NCBI GenBank assembly: GCA_013265495.1
Contig: MU061578.1
Location: forward strand, 1,497,308 to 1,561,307
Direction: 5' to 3'
Source: Vicugna vicugna
Lineage: Eukaryota
DNA length: 64,000 bases
The translations under genes were made by a program, and so were the position numbers. This document shows positions 51,307 to 64,000 of the stretch, piece by piece (the stretch's first letter is position 1; the number at the start of each line of letters is the position of its first letter). A model generated the notes under the pieces. It saw only the letters and a program-made list of their open reading frames with translations, did no database searches and had not been told where the DNA came from.

Positions 51307-51760
51307 TGCATTGGTCAGGGTTCCGCAAAGAAACAGAACCAACAGTGTAGGTACGTAGGTGCATAGGTAGGTGGGCAGGAAGCTAGACAGATAGATACTA
51401 TATATATGGATATATGTAAATAATAGGGAAATATTTTATCCATCTACCTATCTATCTACCTATGTGAGAAGCAGAGGAGCTGATGATGTAAATTCCAGAC
51501 TAAGGGCAGTAGAAGATGAGATGACAAGTCCCAGTTCAAAGAATAAGGCAGAAAAAAAAAAAAGCCAACTTTCTCCTGTGTCCTCGTCAGTCCCTATCAG
51601 ACTGGATGATGCCCACATACACGGGAGGGATTAAACTCCTGAGTCTACTGATTCAAGTGCTAATCTTACCTGGAAACACCCTCATAGAAACACCGAGAAA
51701 TAATGTTTAATCAGGGCATCCCGTGGTCGGTCAACTTGACATGTAAAGTTAACCATCACA
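51307..51760 (-). mobile_element. MLT2-like ERVL solo LTR
   Basis: tgcattggtcagggttc...gaaacagaaccaacag...ctactgattcaagtgctaatc...cttgacatgtaaagttaaccatcaca. Confidence 0.85.
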
Positions 51761-52244
51761 GTGACTTTCTTCCTAGTTCCCAGACCGTAAACTCAGGAAA
51801 TTACATGTGAATATGAAAACAAATCACTATTTCTTTTTCGCTCATACCCGTTTCATACATGATCATGATCAGAAGCTCATGCTTACCTTACAGGATGTGT
51901 TCATTCAACGTTACATCTATCGTGATGCCAGGGACAGAGACACAAGCATGGCAATCGTTGTTAATGGCTGTGTGATACTCCATCCTGCTGTGCACTCAGT
52001 ATCGTAAGCCATCCCCTTAAGATTAGACATTTAGGTTGTTTCCAATCGTTCAATGTTGCAAGCAAGAGAACAATGGTGGGTTTTGTTTCCACTGAGTTGG
52101 GACCAGGGATGACCTGCCAGCGGTCTCAGTGGTCAAGAGTAAGTCATGAGCAAGGAGGCCCCACGTGGCAACCTGCATGCTTGTTCACACGCATGGGTAC
52201 TCTGATTCTTAAATGATTTCTGCCAAATTGCAGCACAGCCAGTA

Positions 52245-52863
52245 AAGAATGAATACACGCACCCCAATGTTCACAGCAGCACTATTTACAATAGCCAAGA
52301 CATGGAAGCAACCTAAATGTCCATCCACAGATGACTGGAGAAGAAGTTGTGGTGTGTGTATGTATATATACACACACACACATACATACACACACATATA
52401 TATATGAATACTACTCAGCCATAAGAAAGAATAAATTAATGCCATTTGCAGGAACATGGATGGACCTGGAGATCGTCATTCTAAGGGAAGTAAGCCAGAA
52501 AGAGAAAGAAAAATAGCATATGATATTGCTTATATGTGGAATCTTAAAAAAAAAAAGACACAAAGAAACTTATTTACAAAACAGAAACAGATTCATACAC
52601 ATAGAAAAGAAGCTTACAGTTACCAGGGAGGAAAGAGGGGAGAAAGCATGAGTCAGGAGCTGGAGATTTCCTGACACTACTAAATATAAAATAGATAATA
52701 AGTGTACACTGTGTAGCACAGGGAGGTATATTCAGTATCTTATAGGAACCTACAATGGAAAAGAATATGAAAAGGAATATATGTATGTACAGGTATAACT
52801 GAAATATGATGCTGTACACCAGAAACTGACACATTGTAAACTTACTATACTTCAATTAAAAAA
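52245..52863 (+). mobile_element. Cetartiodactyl-type L1 3' end
   Basis: caccccaatgttcacagcagcactatttacaatagccaagacatggaagcaacctaaatgtccatc...ctatacttcaattaaaaa. Confidence 0.93.
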
Positions 52864-55129
52864 TGATAGTAATGATAATAATACGTATTGTGCTTTAAAA
52901 AGGAATGAGGAAGTCAGTTGCACAGCAACCTCACCTCTACGGGAAGACGCAATATTCCTACGTCACGCCGCTGAGTAGGTAGGAAACAGCGTCTCACAGG
53001 GGCTTTAATGTGCATTTTCACATAGGGATCGAGGACAGGTGTTTACCATGTGTTTGTTTGCTCTGTGATCTCCTTTGTGGGAATTTTCTGTTAACACCTC
53101 AATGATTGCTCTTAGCTTTCATGACTTCCCCCAGGAAAACGCTCCTCTCACAGGGGTAAAATGAACCTTTGTCCATTTATGAACTGATGAATTAGATCAA
53201 CAGAAAAACTCAACGTGAATAGATCAAATTAAAAACTCTTAATTTTTTTCCATATTGCAAGTCAGGGTGCTATTTTGAGGGGGATGTAGAGATGCACTGA
53301 AAGTTTACAATGACTCCTTAGACTTCATTCTCTCTGTACCACGGAAAATAGTTGTTTAACTGGCTCAGATGACTAAGAAAAGCTGCCAACCTCCCTGGCC
53401 GAGTCAGACCCTGTGAGCCTGGTTCATGAGGACAATTTGCTTCCAGACATTTGCCCCCTTAACCAAAAGCCAGAACATCTTGAGCCTGAGATGTGTTCTG
53501 TCTTCAAGGATCTGTCTTCCAATCCACCCAGGAAACCTTTTGGTTCAAAAGAAAATCAGAAAAACCTCTGGCCGACCTGCAGATGCTGACAGCTTTGAGT
53601 CTGCCCTGGCCACTGTAAACGATACTGCATTTGTGATGACTTTATGCAAAAACAAATTCTAATCTATAATTGGCAAAAAAAAACAAAAACAAACCCACAA
53701 CCCTAGTAAAATGGTCAGAACACCATATAAAGTGTGCAAGGGCTTGGGCACGTGTGTGTGAACACGTGCATGCGTGTCTTCCCCATCCCACTCTTGAATT
53801 CTGTTGCTGTTGCTCCAAGTACCACCACAAATTATTTCAGCCCCTCTGGCTGCTGAGATGGATGGCATAATCCCTGGGTTTTCTGACCTTGATGAACACG
53901 AAGCAAATTTCAGCTGAACTGTGCAAAAGTGCTGGGGTAAAATAAATCACGTCTGGACAGGGCATGCCTGCTATCTAAAGTACAGAGTCGCCCAATCACG
54001 TATCAAGAAGGGAGATAATAAAACACACCAACTGAAGAGAAAGAATTAATTAACACTCACTCCGCTCATCACACACACACACAAAAAGCCGATGGCTATT
54101 TTTTTTTTTTGAGAAGAGATGACAGAAATATCCTAGGAAAGAGAATCTGCACTTAATTAAGCGCTTCCTAAATGCATTTTAATTCAGAGTTTAAAGAAAG
54201 ATGTATCACTAAAAATTACACAAAGAAGAGCAGACTTGCTTCTGTTAAGTAAATGACAAACGAAAATAATAGCTTTAATGAATGGTATTAAAATGGAAGC
54301 GATTCAGCTGCGATGAATACACAATTGCAAGGAGATGACAAATATTAGAGACAAATCACTCTCTTAAAATCAAAGTATCGAAAGCATAACCCTCCCCATC
54401 TGAGGCTGAAGTCAGGTTAAACAACCACCCAAACGTCATCAACAGAGTAGGCTTCTTAAGGGCCAAGGAAAGTGTGGTTACACACGCCTGATACAAAGCT
54501 CTTATATGTGAAATGGTTTATCAAGGCATGTACTATTTATAAACGTGCCCATGCCTTGATAGACTGCAAATCTATCATATATCAGGAGAAACGGGTCTTC
54601 TCAAAAGTGAAGACCGAGGAGTGAATCTCACAGAGCATGAGGCGTCTGCTTCTCTTCATCTTTGGGCTTCAATACGGAGCAATGGGGTTTGTTTCACTCA
54701 CCAGTTGCCAAATTCCGGGCCAGGCACAGTCTACTCCTGGCACACGTGCTGTAACTCCCACTCCTTCACCTTTGGCAGGCATCACTAATCAATCACGCAC
54801 CCTTTCTGGTAGAACCCACAGCTCAGACTCCTCATGCAGCCACGATCAATCAATCTGAGTTGACATCAGAGATTCAATCGTTTCTAGTCACAGGCCTACA
54901 CCTTTCATGAGGCTTTCCAACTCTCTCCATGTGCCCTGACCCAGATTGATAAGTACCTGCAGGACATACAAAACCCTACACTTGAAACTGGGGACCTGGT
55001 CTTCAGGCTAAGCTTTGCTACTTACATACCTGCTCCTAGATGTAACTTCTCTGGTCCCACCAGAGATCTAGGAAACTGAGATGCGGATTAAGAAAGAGTA
55101 GGAGGAAGGCAAACATAAGGATACAACAC

Positions 55130-55350
55130 TAAGGTCGCTTGCTTTCATTGAAGGTGTACCCAGCACCCAGCCAGGATGCTCTGTTCCCCAAGTACACAAG
55201 CTCATTGAGTCCCATGGCGATCCCAGAAAGTAGCTGCTCTTATTCTATCCATTTTAGATGACAACTTGGAGCATCTGAGAGGTGACATAACGAGGAAGTG
55301 GCCAAGCTAGGGTCCAAACCCAGGCGCTGAAGCTCTCAGCCAGTCTGTCA
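55130..55350 (-). mobile_element. MIR
   Basis: tccattttagatgacaacttggagcatctgagaggtgacataac. Confidence 0.6.
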
Positions 55351-56099
55351 CACCTGTGATTCTTTAAACGAGCTTCCCAAAGCCAACTTCAAGGCTGACA
55401 AGAGGGTGTAACAGACACATGGCCGGATCCACTCAATAGCTTTCCATGGCACTCGCTGTGTTACGTCTTTGCTCAGGGTACTGCTCAGTGTCCCCAGAAC
55501 CCCTCCTCATCTGTCATCTGGGTTGCCAGACCATCAGAGACTAATTTAACTGCACACCACATCCATTTGAGCAGCTCTCCCAGTTTTTAACATGCCTTCC
55601 CCCTCCACCACCATCTTCAAATTTTCCTAAAATAAAGGAAAGAGGGAAAGTATGACTCACATCTCATTTTCAAAGTTCAATATGAGAGAAAGCATCAGTT
55701 AACCTGCAGGTAAAATAGAAAATGCAGGCACAGAGACCCCTCCTGGATTTCAGAAGCTCTTGTCTGCAAAAATAACCCTCAGTCCTGCAGGGAGGTGAGG
55801 CAGTAACTGGACCCACGAGTATTCTGATCACTCTGAAGAGCAGACTCATTGAGGACCTCGGGATAATACCTTAGGATGAGTTATTAAGGGGAAATTACGT
55901 GTAGGAGATGCACCACAGAATGTCATTTGGCAACGGCCCGGGCTATTTCTGTTCCGTCGAGTGCTCTGCACCAATAATTCTCATAAATAGAGCCATCATT
56001 TCCTTGTGAGCCAGGCGCTGAGCCCATGGTGCATTCAGGAGCTGGGTTTGTTTTTGTTTTTGTTTTTTTGGTTTGGTTTTTTCCCTGTGCAGCAGCCTC

Positions 56100-56350
56100 C
56101 AAAGAGGTGGCACGGCCTCAGGGTTCAGGATCGAAAGCAGACCACCTGGGTTTGAAGCCCATCCTATACTGACTGCCTGGCTGATCTCAGGCACGTTAGT
56201 TAACTCCTCCTTCCCTCAGTTTTCGTGTCTGCAATACAGGGATCAATATTGTAGTATCTTAAAGGATCTCTGTAAGGATTCAATCATAGGATGCACCAAA
56301 AACTATGTCTGGCATACAGTCAGGGTTCCACACATGTGAGGTGCAATCAT
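56100..56350 (+). mobile_element. MIR
   Basis: cagaccacctgggtttgaagccc...ttaactcctccttccctcagttttcgtgtctgcaa. Confidence 0.65.
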
Positions 56351-56734
56351 TACTACCCATTTCCTCTTCTGAAATAAAAAAGGTTTTCTTTATTCTCCTT
56401 TTTTAAGTGGTTCCAGTGGGGCTCCTCCCACTCCCGGTTGTGGGTGGAGGCAGACAGGCAAGCAGAGACCGCTTCCCACAGCAAAGTGACTGGGGTGAAG
56501 CCAGTGTGTGTCAGTCACCCTCCAGAAATGTGCCAAAACCATAGGGAAAGACGCTTTCTCTTTCCGTGGTCATCTCATTTGAATTTTAAGTTCGACAAGA
56601 AGATAGCCCAATTTTACAGTCATTTGATCTCAGAACTGTCTTTTTTTTTCCCTCAAGCTAGTCCAATTTGGTTTTCTATCATGCAGTGGAATACGTCCCG
56701 ACTAATACAGCCTGCAAAAATAACACATGGATGC

Positions 56735-56870
56735 CTGACCTATCCCCATTTGACAGATGGTGTGACTGTGGACCAGAAAGCTAATGTGACTTTTCTGAGA
56801 TCTCACAGCTAGTAAAGAACAGAACTAGGATCTGTTGGAATCCAAAACTCTTTTCCACCATACAACATTG
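56735..56870 (-). mobile_element. MIR
   Basis: tatccccatttgacagatgg...tcacagctagtaaag. Confidence 0.65.
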
Positions 56871-57115
56871 TCTTTTGAAGCAAATTACGTAGATGTGAAC
56901 AAAAATGCGGAGGATTTCTTGGTAGCAACCCATATCCACCATTTGGGGGGCAATGGGTGAAGGTTATTCTCCAGCGTTGACTTCCATCCCCTTCTCTCTG
57001 AGGTTCTGAACACACAATCCCAGACACTGGACTTATCATCCCTCCACTTGGCTAGTCCCTAAGTTCACGTAAAACTGAAGGTGGTGGCTGTACATTTAGC
57101 TTTCTCCTATGCTTC

Positions 57116-57129
57116 CCAGCAGAGGGCAA
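57116..57129 (+). promoter_or_regulatory. CTCF-like core motif
   Basis: CCAGCAGAGGGCAA matches 13 of 14 positions of CCASYAGRKGGCRS. Confidence 0.45.
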
Positions 57130-57371
57130 GGATAGGGTGGGGTCTACCTGTGGTGGACACACCAAGTCTCACCCAGGTCTCAGCCACAAACCCACGCTGA
57201 GCACAGGAGCTGAGTCAGGTCCCCAGATGTGAGTGGCTCTGCCTGTGCTGAATGGCTCCATCCTTTGGCTGGAGATGGCAGGAGCAAGAGTTAGCATTAA
57301 CCACAGACAAACCACAGGCTGGCGGGTGGCTGTGAACACACTGGGAATGAGAACCTTGCCCAACAGGAATG

Positions 57372-58177
57372 CGAGTTCATCATCTAAAGAAGATGCACAG
57401 TCTTGAGGAATTGGCATGAGATGTAGAATTGGGGGGGGGGGGCACAACAGAAAAGCCAAGCAATGCAGGTCAAGTCTTTGCTGGTGTACGAGAACTCTGC
57501 CCCACTCTGTGACCAGAGACAGTGGGGCTGGGGGGGGACCATCGGAGGTCTTAGCCGTCAGGCATAAGCTATGATCAAGTATAGACCCCACAAGGCACTG
57601 ACGTTGTCTCTATGTATCTGATCATTTCACATGCTCCAATCACATTCCAGATAAAGGAGATACATCATTCTAGGATAAAGGACAAACATTCCCCATGCTT
57701 GTAAGGCTCTGGATGACCTGACCCTTTTCTACTTTTCAGCCTCATCTTAAGCCACAAAACTCTGTTCAGTTCCAACGAGTTCATCATCTAAAGAAGATGC
57801 ACAGTCTTGAGGAATTGGCATGAGATGTAGAATTGGGGGGGGGGGCACAACAGAAAAGCCAAGCAATGCAGGTCAAGTCTTTGCTGGTGTACGAGAACTC
57901 TGCCCCACTCTGTGACCAGAGACAGTGGGGCTGGGGGGGGACCATCGGAGGTCTTAGCCGTCAGGCATAAGCTATGATCAAGTATAGACCCCACAAGGCA
58001 CTGACGTTGTCTCTATGTATCTGATCATTTCACATGCTCCAATCACATTCCAGATAAAGGAGATACATCATTCTAGGATAAAGGACAAACATTCCCCATG
58101 CTTGTAAGGCTCTGGATGACCTGACCCTTTTCTACTTTTCAGCCTCATCTTAAGCCACAAAACTCTGTTCAGTTCCA
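57372..58177 (+). repeat. Near-perfect direct tandem duplication, unit ~403 bp
   Basis: Copy 1 57372-57774, copy 2 57776-58177; the only difference I see is G12 vs G11. Confidence 0.97.
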
Positions 58178-60609
58178 GAGTCCTGAAAGTTTCTTTCTCC
58201 AGACTCTCCTCTCTGCACCCTGCCAGGGAGCCTCTACCCTTTTTGTCCCCCATCAATTGCAACTCAAATATCATTCCTCCGGGATGCTTTAATTTTCATT
58301 TCCACAGTGTTTGGGAATCTTGCAGCCTCTTCCCACGTAATGCGTACACACAATCAGCCTTCAACAAAGGACATCTGGAGCAGGAAAGAAATCCAATCCC
58401 CAGATGCATTCTGTTCGTCTCATCAAATGGTGCTCACTGCAGGCTCTGCCCTCGTCTGCCTTAAGTATCTCATTTCAGTCTTTAATGAGAAACTTGTCCG
58501 TGAATGGTTCCCATTCTGGGAGAGCCCCTCTGGGTAAGGAGTGAGCCTTCTCTGTCTTTGTTCTGCCTGTCAGAGCCCCGAGGACTAATCCACTCCCATC
58601 CCCACAGCAAGAGAGCAGTGCTAATAGAAAAGCAGCCCTGGTGACTGCTTTGTGCTCATTTTCAACCTCACTGGCACCTAAGCCTCTGAAATCCAGGAGA
58701 TTAATTTATTGTCCACGTTGATCAACTCCCTCACTCCTCATGGCAGCCAGCTGCACACAGGTACTTAAGCTAAGCAGTCTCTGACATGTTCCTGGATGAA
58801 GCTGTCCATGACCCCGTGGTCAGAGCCACCAAACCACGTGGGTAGGGCTGATTAACTCACTCGAAAATCCAGACCTTCCTCTCCATCTCCTGGGTGGCTG
58901 TAGTTCAGACCGGTGCCCTCCTGTCTACACTCTAGCCTGGACTTCTAATTTCATCCTGGCCCTCTTCTGGTCACCCTTGTATGCACGTAGACTTTGAAAC
59001 TTCCCAAATGCAAACCCGAGCATCTTCCCTGATTGCAAACCCACCATTAGAAAACAGTGCTTCCTAAACACCTGTGATTTGCAATCCATTTGCACGAATT
59101 TTCTACATGAATCTGATTTTCATGACATTAACTCAATTGTTTCGTTCTTACTAGATTTAAGATTATTTTTTAAAATCATAAGTAGACTTTTTTAAAAAGA
59201 AAATCGTTTTTTGAAGTGAAAGGAAAGAGCAGTGTCCTCTGTCATACAAAGAATGCAACCCTCATTCAGAAGTAAAACAATGTTACTAACATACAGCCAG
59301 ATATTAGAATTCCTTGTCAAGGGTTCTGGGTCTCTCAGTTTAAAAGGTACATTAGCAAATGTGCCAGCCTTCAGGTTTGTTACAGAAGAAACAAAACAAA
59401 CCAAAACCAACCAAATGATGTCTCCCCAATGCAATCCCAAGGTCTGAGAAACAGGTGACCAGAGAACAACTCCGTCACTTCTTCATGAAGTGATTTGATC
59501 TGCAGACGTCTCATCCATCAGCTGACATCTGAGTCTCACGCGTGGGCAGTGCTGGCCTGCAGGGAACGTGGTCCTCCCTCGTCAAACACCTTTAGCAAGA
59601 GGACACCTGGCTGGCCTCCCAGCACCATGATCTCCCAGAGTCCTGGCTGACGTCGGCTTGTTCTAGCCAGAGCCGCCCGCATCCTGCATCCCTGCGCTCC
59701 GCAGGGCCAGCCTCTGGCTCCATCTCTGTACTCCGGCCCCACCTCCTCTTCCCTCATGACTCCCTCTTTGGCTGAGGTAGTCACTCAAAGTTTCAACGAC
59801 CTCCCTGATTCCATACAATTCTGGCCTCATCCAACAAGGACCTGCCCTGTCTGACTCTCTCTTCCAGTGGGAGGGAGATGGATGCAAAGCTCTAATCCAT
59901 CGGCATGACGAGAACCCTCCACAGTCTCCTACCTACTCACCACACCAGTCTCCCCTCCAGCCACGCCTGGACATGCACGCCGGACCTGGGTCTACCCTGA
60001 GCCTGCCCTGTGTCACTGACCACGCCGTTCCCTCTGCCGAGAGAGCCTTCAACAGACACCACCCCTGGAATTACACACACAAGACCCCTCCCTAATCCAC
60101 TGAGACTCAGTTTGTAAGTCTCAAGCCTTGAATCTTGAATCTTTTCTGCAAATACATTTTATTTGGCTTTGCACGGTGTTTAAAAATTAGTGGTTTTGAC
60201 ATTAACGTCCAGATTTCCAGATTGGCTTGGTAAATGGTACCACTGAACCTACACTCCACATGGCAGCAGGCAGCTGAAGGACAGCTCCTGCACGTGGAGC
60301 CACTGCCCTTGAGTCCAAGGCTGCCCCCCAACCTCCATACCGCCCAGCATTCATCCTCTCTCTCCCTTCAGTCATTTACGAGTCCTGCCTGGACCTGGCA
60401 GATAGGTGACTTCGTTATTTCCTGGCTTAGGCCAAGCATCCCTTCTCCTGTAAGATACCCTTGAAGCCCGCTAGGTCCCATTGGTTGCCGGTTTCCCTGA
60501 GCCCCTGTAACACTTTCTGGGGGACTCATTTTTTGAAATGAATTTAATTATAAACGGCACGGAACACCTGTGGGTGTGGACATGTGTGAAGACAAGAAAA
60601 AAAGCAGCA

Positions 60610-60850
60610 GCAGCTGATGGAGCTCTTAGTTCGTGCCAGGCTTAAAACACGCTGCTCTGCATACTACCTTGTCGATACCTCAAACTCAGCTTTTCCAGTG
60701 GATTTCATTGTCCCCAATTTCCAGATGGGCAAATGGAGACTGATTCGGGGTGAGAAGGCCTCCCAAGGTCCCGGAGCTTCGACGTGGGAGAACTGGGATT
60801 CAGGCCCAGGAACTTCCGCCTTCAGGGCCTGTGGTTTTAACCAGTGCGCT
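60610..60850 (-). mobile_element. MIR
   Basis: gtgccaggct...tccccaatttccagatgggcaaatggagact...cccaaggtc...gggattcaggcccagg. Confidence 0.7.
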
Positions 60851-61109
60851 CTGTGCACGTCCGTGTTTTGAGCATGGAATTTTCTCATCTTTGCATAGAT
60901 GCTGTTGGAAAGGTAAAAGCTAGAAACTGAGCTGGGTCTGTTGGAAACAGAAGCCAGGACTGCATTCTGGGGCCACTGTGTCTCGTCCTCAAGACCAGAA
61001 GATGTCCTGGGTCCTCCCGGCTGGGCACCCACAGCTCACCAGAGGCTTAGGCTTGACAAAACTGTGATAAATCTCTACTGTGAATCGGCTCAAGCTAAAA
61101 TGCCGAGGC

Positions 61110-61260
61110 GGGGGGAGGGGATAGTTCAGGGGTAGAGCGCGTGCCTAGCGTGCACAGGGTCCTGGGTTCAATCCCCAGTGCCTCCATTAAAATAAGCAAA
61201 TAAAAACCTAATTACCCCCTCTGCCACCAGAAAGAATAAAAATAAATAAAATTTTAAAAT
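61110..61260 (+). mobile_element. tRNA-derived camelid-type SINE
   Basis: ggggagggGatagttcaggggtagagcgc...ggttcaatccccag; A tail; degenerate TSD aagctaaaatgccgaggc (61092-61109) / aagataaaatgtcaaggc (61261-61278). Confidence 0.92.
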
Positions 61261-61402
61261 AAGATAAAATGTCAAGGCTGAAAGGATGTCCCAGATTGAA
61301 AACTAGATTATTTACTCAGCTGCGGGTGAAGGCAGAAACTCATCCGTTGGAAACAGTGAATCCCACATTCTGCACATATAATTCACTTTCCACGCATGTG
61401 TA

Positions 61403-61625
61403 AGGCAGTATAGCATCGCGGCTAAGGACACAGCCTCCGAAGTAAGAGTCTCTGAGTTCAAGTCCCGGCCTGGAATGTAACTTGAGTGATCTTGGGCGAG
61501 TCACTTAACCTGTCTGAGCTTCCATTTTACCCCATGTATAACAGGGCTACTGACACTGTGTCGGACACAAGCTGTTGTAAGTATCCGACGGCACTTCAGG
61601 ATGCCCGGCCCAGGGTAAGTATCGA
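61403..61625 (+). mobile_element. MIR
   Basis: aggcagtatagcatcgcggctaagg...gatcttgggcgagtcacttaacctgtctgagc. Confidence 0.75.
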
Positions 61626-63519
61626 AACAGGAAAAGCTCCCAACTTGCAGCGTTAACCACGGCACCACAGTGTCTACCTCCTACCCACCAACTTCGATCG
61701 GACCCAACCTGAAAGTCGCCTTAACTTTGAAAACCACTCAGACTCCTTCCAGGCAATTTTATAGCAGATCTGAAACTGTTTCGCCGCACCAGGCCAGGCC
61801 GTAAGTGAGGAGAGGAAACCCTGTCTGGGTTTATAGCCTTTGACAAATGGGCCCTCGTCTCCTCCTGACAGATTCTCCCCTCGACTGATCCATCAGCCCC
61901 TGCTCTCACCACCTGAGCCGCGGTCTTCATCATAGTATTGAAATTCAGATGGATTTTACAGCACAAATAAAAATGAGTTTAAACGCCTCCGCTCCCCACC
62001 AGCACCCCGGGGTCCTGGAGATGTCAAACGCAGGAGGTTTTGCAAGGCCAGATGTGCAGGGACCCCGAGGGACTGGGTGTGACCTCACATCGCCTTTGCT
62101 AAATCCCAGTGAGCTCTGCTGCATTCGCCCCTGGGAGGAAACAATCCCACTTCTGGGAGGAAGGTGCTTCCAGCCTCGAAGATCTCCCTGTGACATCGAC
62201 ATCGCCTGGGGGATTTTAGGAAACGGCCGGGAACTCATCCAAAAGCCGGTCCAGTCACAGGGCTGCTGCTCACTACGGGGGCTTGGAAGCAAAAGAGAAA
62301 CGGAAATGGAAACCACAGAGCAGGCCACACCGTGAAATCCTCCACGGACAACCGGGCAAGCTTCCCTAAATGCCAGCCAGCTCACTGAGGGCTGATGGAG
62401 AGCAGGCATCGAGGATGTTAAAATAAAACAAACAAGCAAACCAACAAAGAGAGAAATGGAAGGCAAAACAAAACAAAACCCCCCCTCATTCAGTGGCCTC
62501 ACAGCCCAGACTGACCGTGCAGGGACCAGGAAGAGAGATCTGATGGCTTTTCATTAAGATGAGGGCTCTCTTCACCTCTTGAAATTCACCATTGATCTGC
62601 CATCACGACATCTGGTCTAGGAGTCGGCGGGGAAAGGGCTCCTCTCAAGGTGAGCGGCCCTGCTGAGTGGAAGCGCAGGGGATGAGGCGGGATGCTGACG
62701 GGGTGTGTGGCGGCGGGACACCCCAGCGGGCGCTACGGGAAACTGTAGACCTTGTGTTGTCTAAGATCCTTCCATGGAGAGGATGCCCAGCCACACACAA
62801 AGGTGCAGACAGATGTGAGCACACCAGCACATCCCTGCATGCAGAACTCGGGGAGGGAGGCCGGCAGGGGGAGGCAGGGGAAAGGGGAAGGAGAAAAGGC
62901 GAAGGGAAGTCATTCTTGGGAAGCCGCCTCGTCCTACAGACACCACGTTCAGCTTCCGTAACTAAAGGAAACTGAGCTTTAAAAAAACCCTCTCCCAGTT
63001 CTCCTTCGGAGCACTCAGTTTTTCATAAAAAAACCCCACTCAGGCCAAGGGGCTGCCTCTTCAGAGGCAGGCTGACTTATTATTTTGGCACCTCTGTCAT
63101 CTCTTGTCACTTCAATTCCACTTTATCAAATTACGGACTTCGCCCGAAGCATTCGGAATGAATGGAGAGGAACGCACACCCATACACGAGCAAGTGTCAT
63201 CGCTTCAGTGGTGACACTTCATAATTATACGTCGGGGTGACAGAAGTCCGGAGTGTGTTCCAGACACGGGAGGAAGAGCAGTCCAGAAGCTGAGGCGGCT
63301 GTCTGCCCACGTGACCTCATGCCGCGTCACTGTCCGGAGGGTGGGACGGCCACTCTCCCACTGAGGGTGGGGGACACTGCCCTCTGGGGCGACTAGGGTT
63401 TGCATCTTGACTCTTCCATTAAGAGATGGCACCCTGATACGCAGAGCTACCTCCAACACCTCCTTCCCACTTCCCACTACGTTAGGAGATCCAGAGAGGC
63501 GACAGCCCCAATGTAAGAA

Positions 63520-63520
<1 letters not shown>

Positions 63521-63554
<34 letters not shown>
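63521..63554. repeat. (CA)17 microsatellite
   Basis: Directly visible. Confidence 0.95.
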
Positions 63555-63557
<3 letters not shown>

Positions 63558-64000
63558 AGAACAGAATTCAGAGGAAGAGGAGTCCTCCTGTAAGTAGGCA
63601 CTGTGGTGGTTGTGTTGCCAAAAGTCATCCCCAGTTAATTACCGTCAAAGATTCAGTTAATTCACAGATCATCAGCCGTGTATGGGCAAGGTTAGAAAAA
63701 GACAGGAAAGTCCTCTAGAAATGAGGCCCCATTCGAAGTGTCTGACTCAAGCCAACAGCCTATGCCAACGCACAGAAATGCCTCTGGGTGTGCCTGTGTC
63801 TGGGTCACTCTTTTGTAAGCAGCTGAAGCTAGGTACAGAATGATCACACATGACTTCTTCCCTCCAGTCATCACCTGAGGGCATCCACAGACTTGGGGGA
63901 TTATTCCCGTCATGATATATGAACCAAAGGCAGTCTGGGTAGCAGAGCGGAGCTGCGTGGCCGCCTTGCGCTGCCCAGAGAGTATCCTGGTTGTCCATTT

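Noticed and set aside
57169..57994. Two ORFs with identical N-termini (MGSILDHSL...)
   Set aside because: A by-product of the tandem duplication; they diverge at the G-run and show no coding evidence.
1..64000. Prokaryotic-type systems (CRISPR arrays, operons, IS elements) and host gene name
   Set aside because: The sequence is mammalian with no repeat-spacer arrays, and no exon was recognisable enough to name a gene.

Overview
Repeat-rich mammalian non-coding DNA, most likely from a camelid (alpaca, llama or camel). This is inferred from three copies of a tRNA-derived SINE with the camelid-type head (GGGGAGGGTATAGCTCAGTGGTAGAG...GGTTCAATCCCCAG) and from cetartiodactyl-type L1 3' ends. I could not identify any protein-coding gene; the ORF track is consistent with chance ORFs, many lying inside repeats. 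The window looks like a large intron or gene desert. It contains L1, L2, MIR, MaLR/ERVL solo LTRs, MER DNA transposons, microsatellites and several repeat-free blocks that look regulatory. The most notable observations are: (1) a ~344 bp L1 derivative at 35.8-36.1 kb in which the L1 5'UTR start is fused directly to the L1 3' tail at an AG junction and flanked by a TSD (candidate spliced or non-autonomous L1); (2) an almost perfect ~403 bp tandem duplication at 57.4-58.2 kb (real or an assembly artefact); (3) a candidate minus-strand alternative promoter/first exon at 26.0-26.9 kb; (4) two CTCF-like motifs in divergent orientation. Repeat family names come from my recall of consensus sequences. 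Boundaries are approximate unless a TSD is quoted.
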